A stretch of 64,000 nt of DNA from Eledone cirrhosa (lineage: Eukaryota). This document shows, piece by piece, positions 12,930-25,000 of this stretch. The position numbers were made by a program, and so were the translations under genes. Location: positions 367,722,001-367,786,000 of the forward strand of contig OZ024742.1 of assembly GCA_964016885.1 (NCBI GenBank). Direction: 5' to 3'. The stretch's first letter is position 1. Each line of letters opens with the position of its first letter. The notes under the pieces are model-generated. The model did no database searches. It worked only from the letters and a program-made list of their open reading frames with translations, and had not been told where the DNA came from.

Positions 12930-15563
12930 TCATTTGGTGATCACTCATGGTCGAATGTTCGATTGGGAAACCAGCTGGTTCTATCTGGTCCTGTATCATT
13001 TGGTGATCACTCATGGTCGAATGTTCGATTGGGAAACCAGCTGGTTGTATCTGGTCCTGTATCATTTGGTGATCACTCATGGTCGAATGTTCGATTGGGA
13101 AACCAGCTGGTATTATCTGGTCCTGTGTCATTTGGTGATCACTAATGGTCGAATGTTCGATTGGAAAACCAGCTGGCTTGATCTAGTCCTGTGTCATTTG
13201 GTGATCACTAATGGTCGAATGTTCGATTGGGAAAACAGCCTGTTTTATCTGGTCCTGTATCATTTGGTGATCACTCATGGTCGAATGTTCGATTGGGAAA
13301 CCAGCTGGTTTTATCTGGTCCTGTATCATTTGGTGATCACTCATGGTCGAATGTTCGATTGGGAAACCAGCTGGTTTTATCTGGTCCTGTATCATTTGGT
13401 GATCACTCATGGTTGAATGTTCGATTGGGAAACCAGCTGGTTGTATCTGGTCCTGTATCATTTGGTGATCACTCATGGTCCAATGTTCGATTGGGAAACC
13501 AGCTGGTTTTATCTGGTCCTGTATCATTTGGTGATCACTCATGGTGGAATGTTCGATTGGGAAACCAGCTGGTTTTATCTGGTCCTGTATCATTTGGTGA
13601 TCATATTGGTCGAATGTTCGATTGGGAAACCAGCTGGTTTTATCTGGTCCTGTATCATTTGGTGATCACTCATGGTCGAATGTTCGATTGGAAAACCAGC
13701 TGGTTTTATCTGGTCCTGTATCATTTGGTGATCACTATTGGTCGAATGTTCGATTGGTAAACCAGCTGGTTTTATCTGGTCCTGTATCATTTGGTGATCA
13801 CTCATGGTCGAATGTTCGATTGGGAAAACAGCCTGTTTTATCTGGTCATGTATCATTTGGTGATCACTCATGGCCGAATGTTCGATTGGAAAACCAGCTG
13901 GTTTTATCTGGTCCTGTGTCATTTGGTGATCACTAATGGTCGAATGTTCGATTGGAAAACCAGCTGGTTTTATCTGGTCCTGTGTCATTTGGTGATCACT
14001 AATGGTCGAATGTTCGATTGGAAAACCAGCTGGTTTTATCTGGTCCTGTGTCATTTGGTGATCACTAATGGTCGAATGTTCGATTGGAAAACCAGCTGGC
14101 TTGATCTAGTCCTGTGTCATTTGGTGATCATATTGGTCGAATGTTCGATTGGGAAACCAGCTGGTTTAATCTGGTCCTGTATCATTTGGTGATCATTCAT
14201 ATTCGAATGTTCGATTGGAAAACCAGCTGGTTTTATCTGGTCCTGTATCATTTGGTGATCACTCATGGTCGAATGTTCGATTGGGAAACCAGCTGGTTCT
14301 ATCTGGTCCTGTATCATTTGGTGATCACTCATGGTCGAATGTTCGATTGGGAAACCAGCTGGTTGTATCTGGTCCTGTATCATTTGGTGATCACTCATGG
14401 TCGAATGTTCGATTGGGAAACCAGCTGGTATTATCTGGTCCTGTGTCATTTGGTGATCACTAATGGTCGAATGTTCGATTGGAAAACCAGCTGGCTTGAT
14501 CTAGTCCTGTGTCATTTGGTGATCACTAATGGTCGAATGTTCGATTGGGAAAACAGCCTGTTTTATCTGGTCCTGTATCATTTGGTGATCACTCATGGTC
14601 GAATGTTCGATTGGGAAACCAGCTGGTTTTATCTGGTCCTGTATCATTTGGTGATCACTCATGGTCGAATGTTCGATTGGGAAACCAGCTGGTTTTATCT
14701 GGTCCTGTATCATTTGGTGATCACTCATGGTTGAATGTTCGATTGGGAAACCAGCTGGTTGTATCTGGTCCTGTATCATTTGGTGATCACTCATGGTCCA
14801 ATGTTCGATTGGGAAACCAGCTGGTTTTATCTGGTCCTGTATCATTTGGTGATCACTCATGGTGGAATGTTCGATTGGGAAACCAGCTGGTTTTATCTGG
14901 TCCTGTATCATTTGGTGATCATATTGGTCGAATGTTCGATTGGGAAACCAGCTGGTTTTATCTGGTCCTGTATCATTTGGTGATCACTCATGGTCGAATG
15001 TTCGATTGGAAAACCAGCTGGTTTTATCTGGTCCTGTATCATTTGGTGATCACTATTGGTCGAATGTTCGATTGGTAAACCAGCTGGTTTTATCTGGTCC
15101 TGTATCATTTGGTGATCACTCATGGTCGAATGTTCGATTGGGAAAACAGCCTGTTTTATCTGGTCATGTATCATTTGGTGATCACTCATGGCCGAATGTT
15201 CGATTGGAAAACCAGCTGGTTTTATCTGGTCCTGTGTCATTTGGTGATCACTAATGGTCGAATGTTCGATTGGAAAACCAGCTGGTTTTATCTGGTCCTG
15301 TGTCATTTGGTGATCACTAATGGTCGAATGTTCGATTGGAAAACCAGCTGGTTTTATCTGGTCCTGTGTCATTTGGTGATCACTAATGGTCGAATGTTCG
15401 ATTGGAAAACCAGCTGGCTTGATCTAGTCCTGTGTCATTTGGTGATCATATTGGTCGAATGTTCGATTGGGAAACCAGCTGGTTTAATCTGGTCCTGTAT
15501 CATTTGGTGATCATTCATATTCGAATGTTCGATTGGAAAACCAGCTGGTTTTATCTGGTCCTG
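12930..15563. repeat. Higher-order tandem duplication, period 1318 bp (20 monomers, two of 65 bp)
   Basis: ORF pairs 13183/14501, 13227/14545, 13590/14908, 13791/15109 and 14114/15432. The rare variant GATCATTCATATTCG occurs at about 14191 and 15509. Confidence 0.88.
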
Positions 15564-15779
15564 TGTCATTTGGTGATCACTCATGGTCGAATGTTCGATT
15601 GGGAAACCAGCTGGTTTTATCTGGTCCTGTATCATTTCGTGATCACTCATGGTCGAATGTTCGATTGGGAAACCAGCTGGTTCTATCTGGTCCTGTATCA
15701 TTTGGTGATCACTCATGGTCGAATGTTCGATTGAGAAACCAGCTGGTTTCATCTGGTCCTGTATCAATTGGTGATCACT

Positions 15780-18700
15780 CATGGTCGAATGTTCGATTGG
15801 AAAACCAGCTGGTTTTATCTGGTCCTGTATCATTTGGTGATCACTCATGGTCGAATGTTCGATTGGGAAACCAGCTGGTTTTATCTGGTCCTGTATCATT
15901 TGGTGATCACTCATGGTCGAATGTTCGATTGGGAAACCAGCTGGTTCTATCTGGTCCTGTATCATTTGGTGATCACTCATGGTCGAATGTTCGATTGGGA
16001 AACCAGCTGGTTTTATCTGGTCCTGTATCAATTGGTGATCACTCATGGTCGAATGTTCGATTGGAAAACCAGCTAGTTTTATCTGGTCCTGTGTCATTTG
16101 GTGATCACTAATGGTCGAATGTTCGATTGGAAAACCAGCTGGTTGTATCTGGTCCTGTATCATTTGGTGATCACTCATGGTCGAATGTTCGATTGGGAAA
16201 CCAGCTGGTTTTATCTGGTCCTGTATCATTTGGTGATCACTCATGGTCGAATGTTCGATTGGGAAACCAGCTGGTTCTATCTGGTCCTGTATCATTTGGT
16301 GATCACTCATGGTCGAATGTTTGATTGGGAAACCAGCTGGTTTTATCTGGTCCTGTATCATTTGGTGATCACTCGTGGTCGAATGTTCGATTGGAAAACC
16401 AGCTGGTTTTATCTGGTCCTGTATCATTTGGTGATCACTCATGGTCGAATGTTCGATTGGGAAACCAGCTGGTTTTATCTGGTCCTGTATCATTTGGTGA
16501 TCACTCATGGTCGAATGTTCGAATGGGAAAACAGCCTGTTTTATCTGGTCCTGTATCATGTGGTGATCACTCATGGCCGAATGTTCGATTGGGAAGCCAG
16601 CTGGTTTTATCTGGTCCTGTATCAATTGGTGATCACTCATGGTCGAATGTTCGATTGGAAAACCAGCTAGTTTTATCTGGTCCTGTATCATTTGGTGATC
16701 ACTCATGGTCGAATGTTCGATTGGGAAACCAGCTGCTTTTATCTGGTCCTGTATCATTTGGTGATCACTCATGGTCGAATGTTCGATTGGGAAACCAGCT
16801 GGTTTTATCTGGTCCTGTATCATTTGGTGATCACTCATGGTCGAATGTTCGATTGGGAAACCAGCTGCTTTTATCTGGTCCTGTATCATTTGGTGATCAC
16901 TCATGGTCGAATGTTCGATTGGTAAACCAGCTGGTTTTATCTGGTCCTGTATCATTTGGTGATCACTCATGGTCGAATGTTCGATTGGGAAACCAGCTGG
17001 TTTTATCTGGTCCTGTATCATTTGGTGATCACTCATGGTCGAATGTTCGATTGGGAAACCAGCTGGTTCTATCTGGTCCTGTATCATTTGGTGATCACTC
17101 ATGGTCGAATGTTCGATTGAAAAACCAGCTGGTTTTATCTGGTCCTGTGTCATTTGGTGATCACTAATGGTCGAATGTTCGATTGGAAAACCAGCTGGTT
17201 GTATCTGGTCCTGTATCATTTGGTGATCACTCATGGTCGAATGTTCGATTGGGAAACCAGCTGGTTTTATCTGGTCCTGTATCATTTGGTGATCACTCAT
17301 GGTCGAATGTTCGATTGGGAAACCAGCTGCTTTTATCTGGTCCTGTATCATTTGGTGATCACTCATGGTCGAATGTTCGATTGGGAAACCAGCTGGTTTT
17401 ATCTGGTCCTGTATCATTAGGTGATCACTCATAGTCGAATGTTCGATTGGGAAACCAGCTGCTTTTATCTGGTCCTGTATCATTTGGTGATCACTCATGG
17501 TCGAATGTTCGATTGGAAAACCAGCTGGTTTTATCTGGTCCTGTATCATTTGGTGATCACTCATGGTCGAATGTTCGATTGGGAAACCAGCTGGTTTTAT
17601 CTGGTCCTGTATCATTTGGTGATCACTCATGGTCGAATGTTCGATTGGGAAACCAGCTGGTTCTATCTGGTCCTGTATCATTTGGTGATCACTCATGGTC
17701 GAATGTTCGATTGGGAAACCAGCTGGTTTTATCTGGTCCTGTATCAATTGGTGATCACTCATGGTCGAATGTTCGATTGGAAAACCAGCTAGTTTTATCT
17801 GGTCCTGTGTCATTTGGTGATCACTAATGGTCGAATGTTCGATTGGAAAACCAGCTGGTTGTATCTGGTCCTGTATCATTTGGTGATCACTCATGGTCGA
17901 ATGTTCGATTGGGAAACGAGCTGGTTTTATCTGGTCCTGTATCATTTGGTGATCACTCATGGTCGAATGTTCGATTGGGAAACCAGCTGGTTCTATCTGG
18001 TCCTGTATCATTTGGTGATCACTCATGGTCGAATGTTTGATTGGGAAACCAGCTGGTTTTATCTGGTCCTGTATCATTTGGTGATCACTCGTGGTCGAAT
18101 GTTCGATTGGAAAACCAGCTGGTTTTATCTGGTCCTGTATCATTTGGTGATCACTCATGGTCGAATGTTCGATTGGGAAACCAGCTGGTTTTATCTGGTC
18201 CTGTATCATTTGGTGATCACTCATGGTCGAATGTTCGAATGGGAAAACAGCCTGTTTTATCTGGTCCTGTATCATGTGGTGATCACTCATGGCCGAATGT
18301 TCGATTGGGAAGCCAGCTGGTTTTATCTGGTCCTGTATCAATTAGTGATCACTCATGGTCGAATGTTCGATTGGAAAACCAGCTAGTTTTATCTGGTCCT
18401 GTATCATTTGGTGATCACTCATGGTCGAATGTTCGATTGGGAAACCAGCTGCTTTTATCTGGTCCTGTATCATTTGGTGATCACTCATGGTCGAATGTTC
18501 GATTGGGAAACCAGCTGGTTTTATCTGGTCCTGTATCATTTGGTGATCGCTCATGGTCGAATGTTCGATTGGGAGACCAGCTGCTTTTATCTGGTCCTGT
18601 ATCATTTGGTGATCACTCATGGTCGAATGTTCGATTGGAAAACCAGCTGGTTTTATCTGGTCCTGTATCATTTGGTGATCACTCATGGTCGAATGTTCGA

Positions 18701-19040
18701 TTGGGAAACCAGCTGGTTTTATCTGGTCCTGTATCATTTGGTGATCACTCATGGTCGAATGTTCGATTGGGAAACCAGCTGGTTCTATCTGGTCCTGTAT
18801 CATTTGGTGATCACTCATGGTCGAATGTTCGATTGAAAAACCAGCTGGTTTTATCTGGTCCTGTGTCATTTGGTGATCACTAATGGTCGAATGTTCGATT
18901 GGAAAACCAGCTGGTTGTATCTGGTCCTGTATCATTTGGTGATCACTCATGGTCGAATGTTCGATTGGGAAACCAGCTGGTTTTATCTGGTCCTGTATCA
19001 TTTGGTGATCACTCATGGTCGAATGTTCGATTGGGAAACC
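15780..19040. repeat. Higher-order duplication, offset 1716 bp (26 monomers)
   Basis: ORF pairs 16098/17814, 16127/17843, 16325/18041 and 16692/18408. The rare variants TTCGAATGGG and GGGAAGCC are shared. Confidence 0.85.
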
Positions 19041-22000
19041 AGCTGGTTTTATCTGGTCCTGTATCATTTGGTGATCACTCATGGTCGAATGTTCGATTGG
19101 GAAACCAGCTGGTTGTATCTGGTCCTGTATCATTTGGTGATCACTCATGGTCGAATGTTCGATTGGGAAACCAGCTGGTTCTATCTGGTCCTGTATCATT
19201 TGGTGATCACTCATGGTCGAATGTTCGATTGGGAAACCAGCTGGTTGTATCTGGTCCTGTATCATTTGGTGATCACTCATGGTCGAATGTTCGATTGGGA
19301 AACCAGCTGGTTTTATCTGGTCCTGTGTCATTTGGTGATCACTAATGGTCGAATGTTCGATTGGAAAACCAGCTGGCTTGATCTAGTCCTGTGTCATTTG
19401 GTAATCACTAATGGTCGAATGTTCGATTGGGAAAACAGCCTGTTTTATCTGGTCCTGTATCATTTGGTGATCACTCATGGCCGAATGTTCGATTGGGAAA
19501 CCAGCTGGTTTTATCTGGTCCTGTATCATTTGGTGATCACTAATTGTCGAATGTTCGATTGGAAAATCAGCTGGTTTTATCTGGTCCTGTGTCATTTGGT
19601 GATCACTAATTGTCGAATGTTCGATTGGAAAATCAGCTGGTTTTATCTGGTCCTGTGTCATTTGGTGATCACTAATGGTCGAATGTTCGATTGGAAAATC
19701 AGCTGGTTTTATCTGGTCCTGTGTCATTTGGTGATCACTAATGGTCGAATGTTCGATTGGAAAACCAGCTGATTGTATCTGGTCCTGTATCATTTGGTGA
19801 TCACTCATGGTCGAATGTTCGATTGGGAAACCAGCTGGTTTTATCTGGTCCTGTATCATTTGGTGATCACTCATGGTCGAATGTTCGATTGGGAAACCAG
19901 CTGGTTTTATCTGGTCCTGTATCATTTGGTGATCACTCATGGTCGAATGTTCGATTGGGAAACCAGCTGGTTGTATCTGGTCCTGTATCATTTGGTGATC
20001 ACTCATGGTCCAATGTTCGATTGGGAAACCAGCTGGTTTTATCTGGTCCTGTATCATTTGGTGATCACTCATGGTGGAATGTTCGATTGGGAAACCAGCT
20101 GGTTTTATCTGGTCCTGTATCATTTGGTGATCATATTGGTCGAATGTTCGATTGGGAAACCAGCTGGTTTTATCTGGTCCTGTATCATTTGGTGATCACT
20201 CATGGTCGAATGTTCGATTGGAAAACCAGCTGGTTTTATCTGGTCCTGTATCATTTGGTGATCACTATTGGTCGAATGTTCGATTGGTAAACCAGCTGGT
20301 TTTATCTGGTCCTGTATCATTTGGTGATCACTCATGGTCGAATGTTCGATTGGGAAAACAGCCTGTTTTATCTGGTCATGTATCATTTGGTGATCACTCA
20401 TGGCCGAATGTTCGATTGGGAAACCAGCTGGTTTTATCTGGTCCTGTATCATTTGGTGATCACTCATGGTCGAATGTTCTATTGGAAAACCAGCTGGTTT
20501 TATCTGGTCCTGTATCATTTGGTGATCACTAATGGTCGAATGTTCAATCGGAAAACCAGCTGGTTTGATCTGGTCCTGTGTCATTTGGTGATCACTAATT
20601 GTCGAATGTTCGATTGGAAAACCATCTGGTTTTATCTGGTCCTGTGTCATTTGGTGATCACTAATGGTTGAATGTTCGATTGGAAAACCAGCTGGTTTTA
20701 TCTGGTCCTGTGTCATTTGGTGATCACTAATGGTCGAATGTTCGATTGGAAAACCAGCTGGTTTTATCTGGTCCTGTGTCATTTGGTGATCACTAATGGT
20801 CGAATGTTCGATTGGAAAACCAGCTGGTTTTATCTGGTCCTGTGTCATTTGGTGATCACTAATGGTCGAATGTTCGATTGGAAAACCAGCTGGCTTGATC
20901 TAGTCCTGTGTCATTTGGTGATCACTAATGATCGAATGTTCGATTGGAAAATCAGCTGGTTTTATCTGGTCCTGTGTCATTTGGTGATCACTAATGGTCG
21001 AATGTTCGATTGGAAAACCAGCTGGTTGTATCTGGTCCTGTGTCATTTGGTGATCTCTGTTGGTCGAATGTTAGATTGGAAAACCAGCTGGTTTCATCTG
21101 GTCCTGTGTCTTTTGGTGTTCACTATCGGTCGAATGTTCGATTGGGAAACCAGCTGGTTTTATCTGGTCCTGTGTCATTTGGTGATCACTAATGGTCGAA
21201 TGTTCGATTGGGAAACCAGCTGGTTTTATCTGGTCCTGTATCAATTGGTGATCACTCATGGTCGAATGTTCGATTGGAAAACCAGCTGGTTTCATCTGGT
21301 CCTGTGTCTTTTGGTGTTCACTATTGGTCGAATGTTCGATTGGAAAACCAGCTGGTTTTATCTGCTCCTGTATCATTTGTTGGTCAATCATGGTCGAATG
21401 TTCGATTGGGAAACCAGCTGGTTGTATCTGGTCCTGTGTCATTTGGTGATCACTATTGGTCGAATGTTCGATTGGGAAACCAGCTGGTTTTATCTGGTTC
21501 TGTGTCATTTGGTGATCACTAATGGTCGAATGTTCGATTGGGAAACCAATTGGTTTTATCTGGTCCTGTGTCATTTGGTGATCACTCATGGCCGAATGTT
21601 CGATTGGGAAACCAGCTGGTTTTATCTGGTCCTGTATCAGTGATCACTCATGTTGGAATGTTCGATTGGAAAACCAGCTGGTTTTATCTGGTCCTGTATC
21701 ATTTGGTGATCACTAATGGTCGAATGTTCGATTGGAAAACCAGCTGGTTTTATCTGTTCCTGTGTCATTTGGTGATCACTAATTGTCGAATGTTCGATTG
21801 GAAAATCAGCTGGTTTTATCTGGTCCTGTGTCATTTGGTGATCACTAATGGTCGAATGTTTGATTGGAAAATCAGCTGGTTTTATCTGGTCCTGTGTCAT
21901 TTGGTGATCACTAATGGTCGAATGTTCGATTGGAAAACCAGCTGGTTGTATCTGGTCCTGTATCATTTGGTGATCACTCATGGTCGAATGTTCGATTGGG

Positions 22001-25000
22001 AAACCAGCTGGTTTTATCTGGTCCTGTATCATTTGTTGATCACTCATGGTCGAATGTTCGATTGGGAAACCAGCTGGTTTTATCTGGTCCTGTATCCTTT
22101 GGTAATCACTCATGGTCGAATGTTCGATTGGGAAACCAGCTGGTTTTATCTGGTCCTGTATCATTTGGTGATCACTCATGGTCGAATGTTCGATTGGGAA
22201 ACCAGCTGGTTTTATCTGGTCCTGTATCATGTGGTGATCATATTGGTCGAATGTTCGATTGGGAAACCAGCTGGTTTTATCTGGTCCTGTATCATTTGGT
22301 GATCACTCATGGTGGAATGTTCGATTGGAAAACCAGCTGGTTTTATCTGGTCCTGTATCATTTGGTGATCACTAATGGTCGAATGTTCGATTGGAAAACC
22401 AGCTGGTTTGATCTGTTCCTGTGTCATTTGGTGATCACTAATTGTCGAATGTTCGATTGGAAAACCAGCTGGTTTTATCTGGTCCTGTGTCATTTGGTGA
22501 TCACTAATGGTTGAATGTTCGATTGGAAAACCAGCTGGTTTTATCTGGTCCTGTGTCATTTGGTGATCACTCATGGTCGAATGTTCGATTGGGAAACCAG
22601 CTGGTTTTATCTGGTCCTGTATCATTTGGTGATCACTCATGGTCGAATGTTCGATTGGGAAACCAGCTGGTTCTATCTGGTCCTGTATCATTTGGTGATC
22701 ACTCATGGTCGAATGTTTGATTGGGAAACCAGCTGGTTTTATCTGGTCCTGTATCATTTGGTGATCACTCGTGGTCGAATGTTCGATTGGAAAACCAGCT
22801 GGTTTTATCTGGTCCTGTATCATTTGGTGATCACTCATGGTCGAATGTTCGATTGGGAAACCAGCTGGTTTTATCTGGTCCTGTATCATTTGGTGATCAC
22901 TCATGGTCGAATGTTCGAATGGGAAAACAGCCTGTTTTATCTGGTCCTGTATCATGTGGTGATCACTCATGGCCGAATGTTCGATTGGGAAGCCAGCTGG
23001 TTTTATCTGGTCCTGTATCAATTGGTGATCACTCATGGTCGAATGTTCGATTGGAAAACCAGCTAGTTTTATCTGGTCCTGTATCATTTGGTGATCACTC
23101 ATGGTCGAATGTTCGATTGGGAAACCAGCTGCTTTTATCTGGTCCTGTATCATTTGGTGATCACTCATGGTCGAATGTTCGATTGGGAAACCAGCTGGTT
23201 TTATCTGGTCCTGTATCATTTGGTGATCACTCATGGTCGAATGTTCGATTGGGAGACCAGCTGCTTTTATCTGGTCCTGTATCATTTGGTGATCACTCAT
23301 GGTCGAATGTTCGATTGGAAAACCAGCTGGTTTTATCTGGTCCTGTATCATTTGGTGATCACTCATGGTCGAATGTTCGATTGGGAAACCAGCTGGTTTT
23401 ATCTGGTCCTGTATCATTTGGTGATCACTCATGGTCGAATGTTCGATTGGGAAACCAGCTGGTTCTATCTGGTCCTGTATCATTTGGTGATCACTCATGG
23501 TCGAATGTTCGATTGAAAAACCAGCTGGTTTTATCTGGTCCTGTGTCATTTGGTGATCACTAATGGTCGAATGTTCGATTGGAAAACCAGCTGGTTGTAT
23601 CTGGTCCTGTATCATTTGGTGATCACTCATGGTCGAATGTTCGATTGGGAAACCAGCTGGTTTTATCTGGTCCTGTATCATTTGGTGATCACTCATGGTC
23701 GAATGTTCGATTGGGAAACCAGCTGGTTTTATCTGGTCCTGTATCATTTGGTGATCACTCATGGTCGAATGTTCGATTGGGAAACCAGCTGGTTGTATCT
23801 GGTCCTGTATCATTTGGTGATCACTCATGGTCGAATGTTCGATTGGGAAACCAGCTGGTTCTATCTGGTCCTGTATCATTTGGTGATCACTCATGGTCGA
23901 ATGTTCGATTGGGAAACCAGCTGGTTGTATCTGGTCCTGTATCATTTGGTGATCACTCATGGTCGAATGTTCGATTGGGAAACCAGCTGGTTTTATCTGG
24001 TCCTGTGTCATTTGGTGATCACTAATGGTCGAATGTTCGATTGGAAAACCAGCTGGCTTGATCTAGTCCTGTGTCATTTGGTAATCACTAATGGTCGAAT
24101 GTTCGATTGGGAAAACAGCCTGTTTTATCTGGTCCTGTATCATTTGGTGATCACTCATGGCCGAATGTTCGATTGGGAAACCAGCTGGTTTTATCTGGTC
24201 CTGTATCATTTGGTGATCACTAATTGTCGAATGTTCGATTGGAAAATCAGCTGGTTTTATCTGGTCCTGTGTCATTTGGTGATCACTAATTGTCGAATGT
24301 TCGATTGGAAAATCAGCTGGTTTTATCTGGTCCTGTGTCATTTGGTGATCACTAATGGTCGAATGTTCGATTGGAAAATCAGCTGGTTTTATCTGGTCCT
24401 GTGTCATTTGGTGATCACTAATGGTCGAATGTTCGATTGGAAAACCAGCTGATTGTATCTGGTCCTGTATCATTTGGTGATCACTCATGGTCGAATGTTC
24501 GATTGGGAAACCAGCTGGTTTTATCTGGTCCTGTATCATTTGGTGATCACTCATGGTCGAATGTTCGATTGGGAAACCAGCTGGTTTTATCTGGTCCTGT
24601 ATCATTTGGTGATCACTCATGGTCGAATGTTCGATTGGGAAACCAGCTGGTTGTATCTGGTCCTGTATCATTTGGTAATCACTCATGGTCCAATGTTCGA
24701 TTGGGAAACCAGCTGGTTTTATCTGGTCCTGTATCATTTGGTGATCACTCATGGTGGAATGTTCGATTGGGAAACCAGCTGGTTTTATCTGGTCCTGTAT
24801 CATTTGGTGATCATATTGGTCGAATGTTCGATTGGGAAACCAGCTGGTTTTATCTGGTCCTGTATCATTTGGTGATCACTCATGGTCGAATGTTCGATTG
24901 GAAAACCAGCTGGTTTTATCTGGTCCTGTATCATTTGGTGATCACTATTGGTCGAATGTTCGATTGGTAAACCAGCTGGTTTTATCTGGTCCTGTATCAT

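Noticed and set aside
15435-18341. 968-aa minus-strand ORF as a real repeat protein
   Set aside because: It is a pure satellite translation with no distinct N- or C-terminus, bounded by a point stop and a 1-bp deletion monomer. It is kept only as a low-interest finding.
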